This document shows, in pieces, positions 1 through 10,758 of a stretch of 64,000 nucleotides of DNA. The position numbers and the translations under genes are program-made. This DNA comes from an uncultured candidate division Zixibacteria bacterium (GTDB lineage: Bacteria; Zixibacteria; MSB-5A5; GN15; FEB-12). Position 1 is the stretch's first letter; each line of letters begins with the position of its first letter. The notes under the pieces were generated by a model. It searched no databases. It saw only the letters and a list, made by a program, of their open reading frames with translations, and had not been told where the DNA came from. Location of the stretch: contig CAVTJJ010000004.1 of the NCBI GenBank assembly GCA_963735035.1, forward strand, positions 512,001-576,000, read 5' to 3'.

Positions 1-757
1 CCAGTTCCTTGACCACCCACTTCGTCATGGCATCGAGCTCGTCTTCGGAATCATTCTCACCCGGTATGATCAGGTTGGTGAGTTCGAGCCAGACTCCGGT
101 CTCACGTCGCAAATAGACGAGCGTATCCAGAACCGGTTGCAGGTGTCCGCCGCAGAGTTTGTGATAGAAGCGTTCGGTGAACGCCTTAAGATCGACATTG
201 GCGGCGTCCATGACCGCGAAGAATTCGCGCCCGGCCTCGGGCGTTACATACCCGGACGTTACCGCGACCGTTTTGATTCCCGCCTCCCGACAAGCTGCAG
301 CGACATCAACCGCGTATTCGAGAAAGACCACCGGGTCGTTGTAGGTGAACGCCACCGAGCGACAGCCGAGCGCTTTGGCGGCGTGAGCGATCATCGCGGG
401 CGTAGCTTCTTCGGCCGCCCGGTCCCAGTCGCGCGAGGTACTGATATCCCAGTTCTGGCAGAACTTGCATTTGAGGTTGCAGCCCGCGGTTCCGAACGAG
501 AGTACCGCGCTGCCGGGATAGAAATGATAAAGCGGTTTTTTTTCGATCGGGTCGACGCAAAAACCGCTGGACCGTCCGTAGGTCGTCAACACCAGCCGCC
601 CGCCCTGGTGCATGCGCACGAAGCAGACGCCTCGCTGACCCTCTTTCAATTGACATAGACGGGGACACAGGTCGCAACGGATATGGCCGTCGTCGAGACG
701 CGACCAATATCTGGCTTCGACCAGATGCCTGTCGACTGTGCCTTCTGTTCCATCCAT
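1..757 (-). CDS. amrS: AmmeMemoRadiSam system radical SAM enzyme (3' end runs off the window)
   Basis: Manual translation from ATG at 757 (AGGAGG RBS upstream): MDGTEG...CDLCPRLC...C...DPIEKKPLYHFYPG...GCNLKCKFCQNWDIS...AFTYNDP...NVDLKAF...ELTNLIIPG. Not in the ORF track because there is no stop inside the window. Confidence 0.88.
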   Translation of the reverse strand, partial: MDGTEGTVDRHLVEARYWSRLDDGHIRCDLCPRLCQLKEGQRGVCFVRMHQGGRLVLTTYGRSSGFCVDPIEKKPLYHFYPGSAVLSFGTAGCNLKCKFCQNWDISTSRDWDRAAEEATPAMIAHAAKALGCRSVAFTYNDPVVFLEYAVDVAAACREAGIKTVAVTSGYVTPEAGREFFAVMDAANVDLKAFTERFYHKLCGGHLQPVLDTLVYLRRETGVWLELTNLIIPGENDSEDELDAMTKWVVKEL

Positions 758-905
758 ACAGATAGACCTCCTGGGCGCAATCGGCGCCGGCCGGACAGGG
801 TGTAAGTCCGGCCTATCGTACGCCTTATGATATACGATTCTGGGGCTGCGGGTCAACAATTCTGTGTGGGGGTGAAAATGGTGGGGTACCGGATCAGAAA
901 CAAGA

Positions 906-1332
906 CGGCCGAATGGCCGTCACCCCCGAGGCGTCGGGGGTCCAGTCAAGATCGCTGTGAAGAGAGTGTATGTATCACGAAAGATGCTCGAAACAAGACT
1001 CTTATTGAACACTCGCTCCGGTGAACATCCATCTTGACTGGGTTCCTGCCTTCGCAGGAATGACAGGACTTGCGTCCTGTTTCAGAGCGGACCAGCCCAC
1101 CGCAAGCTGCGGGATACACAAGTTCGCTGCAACGCCAGCGGCCGAATGGCCGTCACCCCCGAGGCGTCGGGGGTCCAGTCAAGATCGCTGTGAAGAGAGT
1201 GTATGTATCACGAAAGATGCTCGAAACAAGACTCTTATTGAACACTCGCTCCGGTGAACATCCATCTTGACTGGGTTCCTGCCTTCGCAGGAATGACAGG
1301 ACTTGCGTCCTGTTTCAGAGCGGACCAGCCCA
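906..1332. repeat. Tandem duplicated ~194-bp REP-bounded element (906-1099, 1139-1332)
   Basis: Two apparently identical copies with period 233 bp, bounded by hairpins GTCACCCCCGAGGCGTCGGGGG and TTCCTGCCTTCGCAGGAATGAC. A diverged inverted copy lies at ~37089-37300. Confidence 0.9.
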
Positions 1333-1579
1333 TCGCAGCGTCAGAGAACCGGCAGATGTGGACCCGCCGCGGCGGGCCGGGCACGTTGTACGCGGCCGAA
1401 TCTAATCCCACCGCAAGCGGTGAGGCACCAGGCTCTGACACAACGACATGCGGGGAGTTTTGCAACACTCCCCAAGCAGTGGGGTACCTGGAAATTCCTG
1501 CGGAACTTTGCCGCGTCCCGATTTGTTTGATGGACTATATGGAGTCACAAAGTCCAAGATCGTTCTAAAAGGAGCTTAG

Positions 1580-1960
1580 ATGAAAACGTACCTATTCACC
1601 GTCCCAATCGCCCCGGGCAAGACTGAAGCCTGGAAGAAGTACATGGAAGAAATAAGCGGCCCTCGAAACGAAGAATATCGGAATTCTCGGAAGAGAGCCG
1701 GCATCAGGACCGAGCAGGTCTACCTGCAGTCAACTCCGCATGGCGACGTGTGCGTCGTCATGCTGGGAGGAGACAATCCCCAGAAATCTCTTGAGACGTT
1801 TATGACGTCCCATGATCCCTTCGACAAGTGGTTCAGAGAGAAGGTAATGGTCGAAGCCCATGGCCTCGACTTATCCCAGCCGATGCCGCAGAATAAGCAT
1901 TTCGTCGATTACCATGAGACCCCAATCCGGGAATACGCCGACACCAAGAAGAATCATTAG
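1580..1960 (+). CDS. Small hypothetical protein (DUF6176-like appearance)
   Basis: 126 aa, AAGGAG RBS, followed by an intrinsic terminator. The family call is from recalled similarity only. Confidence 0.75.
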   Translation: MKTYLFTVPIAPGKTEAWKKYMEEISGPRNEEYRNSRKRAGIRTEQVYLQSTPHGDVCVVMLGGDNPQKSLETFMTSHDPFDKWFREKVMVEAHGLDLSQPMPQNKHFVDYHETPIREYADTKKNH

Positions 1961-1992
1961 GCTAATCAGCCTGCGCTGAGAGCCGCACGTGC

Positions 1993-2024
1993 AAACCCAG
2001 GCCACTAGTTGGCCTGGGTTTTTT
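1993..2024 (+). terminator. Rho-independent terminator
   Basis: AAACCCAGGCCA-CTAGT-TGGCCTGGGTTTTTT. Confidence 0.85.
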
Positions 2025-2403
2025 AATGTGAGCATTTTCCGTTGGGTGGGGTACCGAAGATGGCGTGCCGTACGAGCCGGCAGATGTGGACATCTGCCGG
2101 GCACGTGGACGGGCAGCCGAGTCTAATCCCAACGCAAGCGGTGGGGCACCCGGCTGCCGCTTAGGGCTAACTTTCGAAGATGACATGAGGGATAGGGCTG
2201 GAGAAGATTAGTAGATTTCATTTCTCTTGTGCAGTACTCAGGCATGGCTGTCGCGAGTGGTCATGGGTGCCCGACCAGGTCGGGCATGACGGGGCTAGGC
2301 GCTCTGTTTCAGAGCAGACCAACCCACTGCAAAATCAGCGAACCGGCAGATGTGGACATCTGCCGGGCACTTTGAGCGTCCATCAGCGCAGAGGGTGGGG
2401 CAC

Positions 2404-2438
2404 AAAAAAAACAACCCCCCGGAGTGATCCGGGGGGCT
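2404..2438 (-). terminator. Rho-independent terminator downstream of the dockerin/GEVED gene copy A
   Basis: CCCCCCGGA-GTGA-TCCGGGGGG stem with an A-run on + (U-run on -). Confidence 0.75.
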
Positions 2439-2503
2439 GTCGAGTCAAAACCTTCCGGTTCTGAATCTGATCCGGCAGTGGTCTGCCGGGAAATCAAAAC
2501 AGC

Positions 2504-5282
2504 TTACATGCAGTTCAAGGTACCGCCGCGATAAGCAGCGTCGGCCAGAGCGATAATGTCAGCAATGGTGATCGCACCGTCGCCGTCAATGTCGCCTCTC
2601 TGCCAGAGGTCAGGAGCCGGGCCTGAACCGAAGTAGTAAGCGCGCAGGAAAGCGATGTCGTCGGCATTCAGGGAGCCGTCGATGTTAAAGTCACCGCATT
2701 CCAGGTTAGCAACGATGAGGGTATAGTCCTCAACTTCGCCCCAGGTCTTGGAACCGCAAGCAGCGTTGCCGCCGTCAGCGGCGTTCGCCAGACGGACACG
2801 CATACGGGTCGCACCAGAGGCGCCTTCACCCGGAAGCGCGGCAGTCATCGGAACGTCCAACGTGCAAACCACGTCCGGCCCAATACGGGTCAGGCGGGTG
2901 CGTTCGCCGGTTTCAGTCTGGTTGGCAGCGAGACCAGAGTTCTGGTTCCAGTCCACCCAAACGTCACAGGAGTCGCCGGTACCAAGAGCACCGCCACCCT
3001 GACGCCCGTAACGAGCGGTGAGGGTGTACGGGAAGCCACGGTAGACCTTAGCAGTCAAGGCGGTGAAGTCCTGGAAGCCATGGCAGCCGGTCGGAGCAGC
3101 CGGGTTGACCAAATCAGAGATGGTAACACGGTCGATCCAGGTTGAGCCGGCAACCGGCGGACAGGAGTTCACGTTGGCGGTCGCACCGCAGTACACGCAA
3201 GCGGCCTGCGTAGCTATGAAGTTGATCTGGAAATCCATCCACACATCCGGGTTGTTGCCGAGGAAATACATGCACTCGGCAAAGTAGTAGTCACCCGGAA
3301 TCAGGGAGAGGAACATCCAGTAGCGTTGAGTGTCGTCAACAGCCGGTGTGGAACCATAAGCCTGGCAACGAGCGGCTGAGTAGCCTCTGCCGTTGGCAGC
3401 GAACTGCACGTAGGCACCCGAGCACGGGCAACCGGTGAAGATCGGAGCGTAGGCATACGGCGGGTTGTAGTTGTAACGCGCACCGTTGGCTGTTCCGCAG
3501 AAGTTGACTTCCAGCGTATCAGCGCAGAACGGCAAGTTTACAGCGTACCACACGTTTTGTTCACCAATGACACCGTTGAGGGTCGGGAGACAATCCCAGC
3601 TTGACCAACGGTTGTTCTGGCCCGGATACTGCAACAATACACGATTCGAAAGAACGGCCGGAACCAGGGGAGCGCAGGCGTCATTGGACGGACGAATCGA
3701 AGTCGGGAAGACTTCGCAATTGATGTAGAATACACCCATACCAAAGGCATTACAATCGCCGTAGGTCGGGTCGCCTTCGATGAACCAGCCGGCAATACGG
3801 ATCAAGAACTTATCGCCAGCCTGGAACGGTATTTCACCGAAGGACGGGCCACCGCCAGTACCGCCGCAGCCATCGTCGCTGCAGCCGCCGGCGAGGGTTT
3901 CTCTCGGGCTCGCGGTCAGACAATCGGTACCAGCATACACCCACAGTTTGTTGTCGGTTTCGCCGGAACACATGTCGAACCGGGCGTATCCAGCCGCGTC
4001 AGCTTCCCAAACGTACCATACGTCGGCGCAGACTTCGGAAGGATTAGCCGGGGAACACAGATCGACACCAGGGCCGTCACGAGTGGCGCCGAGGTTATGT
4101 CCAAAGACATCACCGGTGGCACCGACGCCCAAATTGATAGCATTAGCACAGTCATCGTTGGCAGCGGGAGCGGTTCCCACTTTACGGTCAACGTGCCCTT
4201 GAGCAGTTCACCGATGCGGACGCAGAGCGCCAGGGCGTGAGAAGTGCCGGCAACCTTTACGAAAGTAGCGGAGAGTCGGTCCTTGCGTAGCGCAGAGGGC
4301 GCCGTTCACCGGCGGATAGGGGCCACACGCCGTAGGCACCAAGCCCACAAGCCGGCCAGCCAATCGTGGTAACGACCGCTCGGGTAGCCGGGCTGGGAAC
4401 CAACGGCACAGTACCGTCGTCGCAGAGTGAAAGTGTACTGACCATTCACCGGAGCGGTGAAATTCCAGTACCGGCTCTGGCTTCCGGAACGCTGCCAATC
4501 TAGGTGCCGTTACCATCGGAGCGACGGACAAGTCCACCGGATAGGTGGCACCGATCAAGCTGTCGGCGACCGGGAAGGTGATCTCTTCGACGGAACCGTG
4601 CACAGAGTGCCCGGGAGGACGAGATCAGCAGTCATTTCGTAGTTACCGGCGTCAGCGGGGCTGTAGCCACCGATGACGATGTAATACGTCAAGCCGCCGG
4701 TCACGGGAGCGTTAAGCTCGGAAATGTAACCAGGGCAGGCGTCGTCGTTGCAACCCACCGCAGTGAGACTGACGGACTCTACGACCCAAAGCTTGGTGTC
4801 GTAGTCGGTTCCGGCATTACACAGCGAGAGGGCCAACGTGCCGTACCGGCCGCAGTGTACGAATACACTACGTCCATGGCGCCGTCATAATCACCACAAG
4901 GGGCGATATAGTCGGAATTCGCGGTCATAGTTTCGCCAATGTCCGAGAACGGCATAGCGGCGATAACGGTAGCCGTGGCATAGGTGTCACCGCCACCTTC
5001 GGTGGAAGCAGCAGCCTTAGCAGGAACAGACGTCCGCTCACCCGGCTCGCCGTAACCCGGGAGCATCATTTCCGGGGTATGTGCGGCCTTGAATTCCTTC
5101 TTCGGGGTTATGTCCTTAGAAGGGAGCGGGGCGCTGAGCTGGATGCCACTTTCATCCGTTGTGACGCGCTCAGGTTTCGGATCCACCCTCGCCATCAAGC
5201 CCTGGCTGATAAGCATCGCGCCAAAAGCCAATGCGAGAATGACGAAGACCGAAACAATATAGCTCTTTCTTTGATTGGTCAT
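2504..5282 (-). pseudogene. Frameshifted paralog (copy A) of the secreted Cys-rich GEVED + dockerin-like protein; pseudogene or assembly error
   Basis: ORF pieces 4779-5282, 4555-4836, 4208-4603, 4257-4445 and 2504-4180 align consecutively to the intact 925-aa protein at 6954-9731. Indels cluster at ~4190-4850. Confidence 0.85.
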
Positions 5283-5914
5283 TTCGTTACCTCGTTAAAG
5301 CTTAGACAACTAAATCTGATGTCACTCAGGTCGGACGGGCCGGGGCACCCGCAGGTGCTGTTGTCAGACGGCACTCCATCTGTCTTTACGAGCAGGCCGC
5401 CCTGCAAAGGGGCAGCTTCCAGCACGTAGTTGATGCTGGCGTTTACCGTGGCCATAAGGCCAATACTGACGTAAGAGAAGACATGATGTCCCTCTTGGAT
5501 TACCACTTCCGTCCACCCAGCTGAATCAACCGATGTGGTGGTGCTCCAAGAAATGATGGATTCTGGTGCGTCGGGAGCATGGTTGCTCCTGAAGAGGTTG
5601 GAGTTGTCGACCAATAGAGGGAATGCTCCCAACATCGACAACGAACCATAATCAGGATCAAATTCGTTGCTGTCCACAGGTATTGATCCGATGCTATCCG
5701 ACGAGCCGGAAACCGTCCGGCGAGTCAGCCAATCCGTGTATGAATGACACATTAGTCGTGAAAACATGCATGGTCTCCAACCAGATATCGTACCCGGACC
5801 ATATTCCAAAGCCTCTGACTGGCCGGACCAACCGGTGAAGGCGGTCATGAGGCTAACAGAAGGAGTCTCACCTTGTCTAGGGAATTTTGAGACTGCTGCT
5901 TTGGTCAAGTCCAC
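5279..5914 (-). CDS. Hypothetical upstream ORF (211 aa), paralog of 9728-10339; may be a non-coding leader
   Basis: Open in the same frame in both copies, and its stop overlaps the ATG of the downstream gene (ATGA). GTG start without a clear RBS. Confidence 0.4.
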   Translation of the reverse strand: MDLTKAAVSKFPRQGETPSVSLMTAFTGWSGQSEALEYGPGTISGWRPCMFSRLMCHSYTDWLTRRTVSGSSDSIGSIPVDSNEFDPDYGSLSMLGAFPLLVDNSNLFRSNHAPDAPESIISWSTTTSVDSAGWTEVVIQEGHHVFSYVSIGLMATVNASINYVLEAAPLQGGLLVKTDGVPSDNSTCGCPGPSDLSDIRFSCLSFNEVTK

Positions 5915-6317
5915 TCGGGCTACTTCCTGGTTTTGGAGTTTCGAGACAGCGCCGAAGCGCCGCTCATATATGTCGTGTTAATTTTCGCTTCCGAACCCAT
6001 AAATAACAGATCGGTCGTTTACGTTTCCTCCAGGTGAGGTCATGTATCTTATCGACACAATCACTCGCTTAAGGTAATGGGCTAGGAAGAAGGAAATTTT
6101 GAAAAGAAGGAACTGCTGAATTCGGCTTCGGACTGCGGGTCTTCTTGTCTGTCTATGAGATCAAACTTCGATCTTACGGACACACAATACTAACACGCCA
6201 ACCATTACCAAGGTTGTGTCGTTAGCAATGAACTCAGATCCTAAAGAGAATTTACGTAGTCGTCGTCAAACCACTTTGGGCTCTCGGGCTCTTCGACAAC
6301 CTGGACACGCTCAGGGG

Positions 6318-6347
6318 CAAAGATAACGTAGTTCCCCGTTTTGTCAA
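6318..6347 (-). promoter_or_regulatory. Putative promoter TTGACA-N16-TATCTT(TG) for copy A
   Basis: The same motif is conserved at 10729-10758 upstream of copy B while the spacer varies. Confidence 0.6.
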
Positions 6348-6556
6348 GGGTAATTCGGTACTTTATTGGAACTTTTTTCCTAATCCAATAGGCAGGCGTC
6401 TTCATCGGCTTCGGCGCCAGGCGAGCGGGAGTGTTGAAGAAGCCCCCTTCCTGTCATCGCGAGTCTCGACTGCGCTTCGCGGGCGAGACGTGGCGATCTC
6501 AATTCCGTGGGCGGCAGACCTCCTGGTCTGCCCCGTATGCCGGCCACAACGAGCTT

Positions 6557-6775
6557 GAGCCTTGTAGGTCAGGCCCACTCGGGGCCTGACATCTTCGCTC
6601 GCCGCGTCAGGCGTCAAGTCCGCCAGACCTACGATTGTTCTGTACCTACTGCTCCGAGTCGGGCAAGCCTTGTAGGTCAGGCCTACTCGGGGCCTGACAT
6701 CTTCGCTCGCCGCGTCAGGCGTCAAGTCCGCCTGACCTACGATTGTTCTATACCTACTTCCCCGAGTCGGGCAAG
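6557..6775. repeat. Tandem ~108-bp GTAG-type REP doublet repeat
   Basis: Two copies of GTAGGTCAGGC...GCCTGAC...GTCAGGCGTCAAGTCCGCC(A/T)GACCTAC. A related inverted element is at ~60941-61023. Confidence 0.85.
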
Positions 6776-6860
6776 TACTCTCGAAGGGAGGGTCAGCCGG
6801 AGCACCGCCTGCTGAGGGATAATTCCGTGATCCCGTGATCCGGGCGGAGCACCTTTAGGA

Positions 6861-6890
6861 GCAGTCCCCCGGATCTCTCCGGGGGACTGC
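6861..6890 (-). terminator. Stem-loop downstream of gene copy B
   Basis: GCAGTCCCCCGGA-TCTC-TCCGGGGGACTGC, positionally equivalent to the hairpin at 2404-2438. Weak U-tract. Confidence 0.55.
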
Positions 6891-6953
6891 CGAGTCAGAA
6901 CCTGTTGGTTCCGAATCTGATCCGGCAGAAGTCTGCCGGCAAAACGGAACAGC

Positions 6954-9731
6954 TTACATGCAGTTCAAGGCGCCGCCACGATAGGCCGCGTCGGCCAGAG
7001 CGATAATGTCAGCAATGGTGATATAACCGTCGCCGTCAATGTCACCTCTCTGCCAGTAGTCCGGAGCTGAGCCGGTACCGAAGTAGTAAGCCCGCAGGAA
7101 GGCGATGTCGTCGGCATTCAAGGAGCCGTCGATGTTAAAGTCACCGCATTCCAGGTTGGCAACGATGAGGGTATAGTCCTCAACTTCGCCCCAGGTCTTG
7201 GAACCGCAAGCAGCGTTGGAGCCGTCGGCAGCGTTGGCCAGACGGAGACGCATCAGGGTCGAGCCAGTGGCTCCTTCACCCGGAAGCGCAGCGTCAATCG
7301 GAACGTTCAGGGTGCAGGTCACGTCCGGCCCAATACGGGTCAGGCGGGTCCGCTCGAACGTTTCGGTCTGGTTGGCGCAAAGACCAGAATTCTGGTTCCA
7401 GTCCACCCAAACGTCGCAAGAATCGCCCGGTACCAGAGCTCCGCCACCCTGACGCCCGTAACGAGCGGTGAGGGTGTACTGGAAGCCACGGTAGACCTTG
7501 GCGGTCATCGCGGTGAAGTCCTGCAAGCCATGGCAACCGCTGCCGGGGTTACCGGTAGGCGGGTTGACCAGGTTGGAGATGCTGACCCGGTCAATCCAGG
7601 TCGAGCCGGCAACCGGCGGACAGGAGTTCACGTTGGCGGTCGCAGCGCAGTAAGCGCAGGGGGCCTGGGTGGCTATGAAGTTGATCTGGTAGTCGATGAA
7701 CAACCCAAAGGCAGCGTTGCCTCGGTAGGCCGTACGAGAAACCGGGAAGTAATAATCACCCGGAATCATCTGGAGATACTGCCAGGAGGCGTTGCCGTCA
7801 TGGGTGAGATCGAAGCCGTAGTCCTGACAACGTGCCGTAGACATGATCGATCTGGAGGCGAACAAAGTGACATAAGCACCCGAGCACGGGCACCCGGTCA
7901 TGATCGGTGCGAAGTTATACGGGGCGATAAAGGTGCTTCTGCCACCGTCGATCGTACCGCAGAAGTTCACTTCCAGCGTATCAGCGCAGAACGGCAGCGT
8001 GACCGCATGCCAGGTGTTCTGTTCGTAAATGATGCTGTTGAGGGTCGGGAGACAGTCCCAACCGGCCCAATCGGTGGTCTGATTCGGGATCTGCAGCAAC
8101 ACACGGTTGCTAAGCAGAGTCGGGGTCAGAGCCACGCAATTGTCATTGTACGGGCGGATCGAAGTCGGGAAGACTTCGCAGTTGATGTAGAAAACTCCCA
8201 TACCGTAGGCATTGCAGTCGCCATAGGTCGGGTCGCCTTCAATGTACCATCCGGCAATACGGACTAGGAACCGATCACCAGCGTGGCAAGGCACTTCACC
8301 GAAGGCCGGGCCGCCGCCGACGCCGCAGCCATCATCGCTGCAGCCGCCCTGAAGGGCTTCTCTCGGATTGGCGGTCAGACACTGGTCACCGGCATAAACC
8401 CACAATTTGTTGTCGGTTTCACCGGCGCACATATCGAACCGGGCATAACCATCCGCGTCAGCTTCCCAAACGTACCATACGTCGGCGCAGACTTCGGCAG
8501 GATCAGCCACGGAACACAGATCGATGCCAGGGCCGTCACGGGTGGCGCCGAGGTTATGTCCAAAGACATCACCGGTGGCACCGGCACCGAGATCGACGGC
8601 ATCGGCACAATCATCGTTCGGCAGTGGAAGTGGGCTCCAGGACACAGTCAGGGTTCCGGCAATCGGTTCGCCACCAAAGACTTCAATGGCGATCTCTTTG
8701 CCCGTGCCCGCAACCATGACTGTCTGCAGGACGTTGGGACCCTGGGCAGCGCAATTTGCGCCCCAGTTCGGCGGGTAAGGAGCTACGTCAGACACGCCAA
8801 GTCCACAGACTGGCAAAGTCATGACGATAAAGCTGTTGACCGGGTCAATCGCAACAGCACCGTTATCGCACCAGGAGAACGTATACTGGCCGTTCACCGG
8901 AGCAGTAAAGTTCCAATACCAGGCTCTGGCTCCGTAGCCGGCGAGCCAGGTGCCGTTGTCGATCGGAGAGATAGAAAGATCAGCAGTGTAAGTCGCACCG
9001 TCCAGACTGTCGGCGACCGGGAAGGTGATCTCGAGCGGAACCGTGCACGCAGTGCCCGGGATGACGAGATCGGCAGTCATTTCGTAGTTACCGGCGTCAG
9101 CGGGGCTATAGCCACCGATGACGATGTAATACGTCAAGCCGACGGTCACGGGAGCGTTAAGCTCGGAAATGTATCCGGGGCAAGCGTCGTCGTTGCAGCC
9201 TACCGCGGTGAGCGTGGCGGATTCCACGACCCAGATCTTGGTGTCGTAGTCGGTTCCGGCATTACACAGCGAGAGGGACAACATTCCGGTCGCGGTCGCG
9301 GTATAAGAATACACCACGTCCGGGGCGCCATCGTAGTCACCACAGGGCGCGATATAGTCAGAATTCGCGGTTTCGGTTTCGCCAATGTCGGAATACGGCA
9401 TGGCGGCAATAAGGGTAGCCGTGGCATACGTGTCACCGCCACCTTCGGTGGAAGCGGCCGCCTTAGCAGCGTTAGTCCTCCGCTGGCCAGATGGACTCTG
9501 GAACTCTGGAAGCAGGTCCGGAGTCTTCGGGGCCTTGGTCGCCTTCTTCAGGTTTACACCATCAGAAGGGAGCGGGGCGCTAAGCTGGATGCCATCGTCA
9601 TCCACTACTGCAGCGCGCTCTAGTTTCTGATCCCCTCTCGCCATTACGCCTTGGCTGATAAACATCGCGCCAAAAGCCAATGCGAGAATGACGAAGACCG
9701 AAACAATATAGCTCTTTCTTTGATTGGTCAT
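6954..9731 (-). CDS. Large secreted Cys-rich protein (copy B): N-terminal signal/TM, PPC-like beta-sandwich modules, GEVED domain, C-terminal dockerin-like double EF-hand
   Basis: 925 aa; hydrophobic N-terminus; CNDDAC...G.TYYIVIGGY and PNDDCADA modules; WVDWNQN...MRLRL...WGEVEDY; CGDFNIDGSLNADDI...GDIDGDGYITIADI. Confidence 0.85.
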   Translation of the reverse strand: MTNQRKSYIVSVFVILALAFGAMFISQGVMARGDQKLERAAVVDDDGIQLSAPLPSDGVNLKKATKAPKTPDLLPEFQSPSGQRRTNAAKAAASTEGGGDTYATATLIAAMPYSDIGETETANSDYIAPCGDYDGAPDVVYSYTATATGMLSLSLCNAGTDYDTKIWVVESATLTAVGCNDDACPGYISELNAPVTVGLTYYIVIGGYSPADAGNYEMTADLVIPGTACTVPLEITFPVADSLDGATYTADLSISPIDNGTWLAGYGARAWYWNFTAPVNGQYTFSWCDNGAVAIDPVNSFIVMTLPVCGLGVSDVAPYPPNWGANCAAQGPNVLQTVMVAGTGKEIAIEVFGGEPIAGTLTVSWSPLPLPNDDCADAVDLGAGATGDVFGHNLGATRDGPGIDLCSVADPAEVCADVWYVWEADADGYARFDMCAGETDNKLWVYAGDQCLTANPREALQGGCSDDGCGVGGGPAFGEVPCHAGDRFLVRIAGWYIEGDPTYGDCNAYGMGVFYINCEVFPTSIRPYNDNCVALTPTLLSNRVLLQIPNQTTDWAGWDCLPTLNSIIYEQNTWHAVTLPFCADTLEVNFCGTIDGGRSTFIAPYNFAPIMTGCPCSGAYVTLFASRSIMSTARCQDYGFDLTHDGNASWQYLQMIPGDYYFPVSRTAYRGNAAFGLFIDYQINFIATQAPCAYCAATANVNSCPPVAGSTWIDRVSISNLVNPPTGNPGSGCHGLQDFTAMTAKVYRGFQYTLTARYGRQGGGALVPGDSCDVWVDWNQNSGLCANQTETFERTRLTRIGPDVTCTLNVPIDAALPGEGATGSTLMRLRLANAADGSNAACGSKTWGEVEDYTLIVANLECGDFNIDGSLNADDIAFLRAYYFGTGSAPDYWQRGDIDGDGYITIADIIALADAAYRGGALNCM

Positions 9732-10339
9732 TTCGTTACCTCGTTAAAGCTTAGACAACTAAATCTGCTGTCATTCACGCCGGACGGGCCGGGGCACCCG
9801 CAGGTGCTGTTGTCGGACAAAATTCTACCCCATTGCCTGAGCCGACCGCCCCGAGGCGGGGTGGTCTCCAACATGTAGTCGATGCTGGTGTTTACCGTGG
9901 CCTTGCGGCCAAAAGAGACGATAGAGAGGCTTCGAAGCCCCTCTTGGATTACCGCTTCCGTCCACCCAGCTGTATCAACCGGGTTGGAAGTGCTCCGGAA
10001 AAGGGCAGATTCTGGTGCGTCGAGAGCCCGGCTGTTCCTGAACCGACCAGTGCTGCCGACCAAACAAGGGAATAATCCCAACATCGACAACAGAGCCGGA
10101 GCAGGCTTGCGGCCAGTGCTCCCCTTCGAACCGGGACTCATCCAACGGTTCGACCAATCCTCAATTGAATGACGCGTTAGTCGCGAAAACGAATGTTGTC
10201 TCCACCCAGAAAGTTGGCCCGGACTATATGCCGGAGCCTCTGATTTGCCGGACCTACTATTAATAGTGGTCATGAGGCAATCAGCCGGAGCCTCGAGTTG
10301 TCTAGGGAATTTTGAGACTGCTACTCTGGTCAAGTCCAT
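9728..10339 (-). CDS. Hypothetical upstream ORF (203 aa), paralog of 5279-5914
   Basis: Same frame and ATGA overlap as copy A; the length difference is 8 codons, in frame. Confidence 0.4.
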   Translation of the reverse strand: MDLTRVAVSKFPRQLEAPADCLMTTINSRSGKSEAPAYSPGQLSGWRQHSFSRLTRHSIEDWSNRWMSPGSKGSTGRKPAPALLSMLGLFPCLVGSTGRFRNSRALDAPESALFRSTSNPVDTAGWTEAVIQEGLRSLSIVSFGRKATVNTSIDYMLETTPPRGGRLRQWGRILSDNSTCGCPGPSGVNDSRFSCLSFNEVTK

Positions 10340-10728
10340 TCGGGCTACTTTCGGGAACTGGAGTCTTGAACGGTGTCTTTACACCATTCATCAAAGTTGT
10401 GTAATTCGGCGCTTCCGAACCCAGAAAACAGATCGATTGCTAACGTTTCCTCTGGGTGAGGTCAGGTATCACATAGATACGTTTGCTCACCATAACATGG
10501 GCTAAGAAGAAGGAATGATGAAAGGGGGGAAACCCATTTTCGGACGGCGTGTAATAGCACAAAGCGACACAATCGGAATTCGATCGTACCGACAATTTTC
10601 TACTTCACGCAACCCTAGCGCAAGACGCTGTCTTGAGCTGTGGGTTCAGGTTCCAAGAGATGCAAATGCGAGTTGTCACTGAACCACTTTGGGCTCTCGG
10701 GTTCGATAACAACAAACCACGCTCAGGG

Positions 10729-10758
10729 CAAAGATACAATCATCCGCGGTTTTGTCAA
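10729..10758 (-). promoter_or_regulatory. Putative promoter TTGACA-N16-TATCTT(TG) for copy B
   Basis: Conserved with 6318-6347. Confidence 0.6.

Noticed and set aside
137..707. ORFs 137-658 (+) and 306-707 (-)
   Set aside because: Shadow frames of the amrS gene on the minus strand.
906..1332. Possible CRISPR array (also 6557-6775 and 50469-50721)
   Set aside because: Whole units including the 'spacers' are duplicated, there are only 2-3 copies, and no cas genes are present.
827..1568. Short ORFs inside REP-rich intergenic DNA (also at 6.4-6.8, 19.1-19.7 and 37.4-37.9 kb)
   Set aside because: Translations of palindromic repeats with no RBS or domain signal.
7530..9623. Long + strand ORFs (245 and 446 aa)
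   Set aside because: Antisense shadows of the 925-aa gene, with no motifs.
2504..9731. Diversity-generating retroelement explaining paralog variation
   Set aside because: No reverse transcriptase in the window, and the differences include indels and do not look adenine-restricted.
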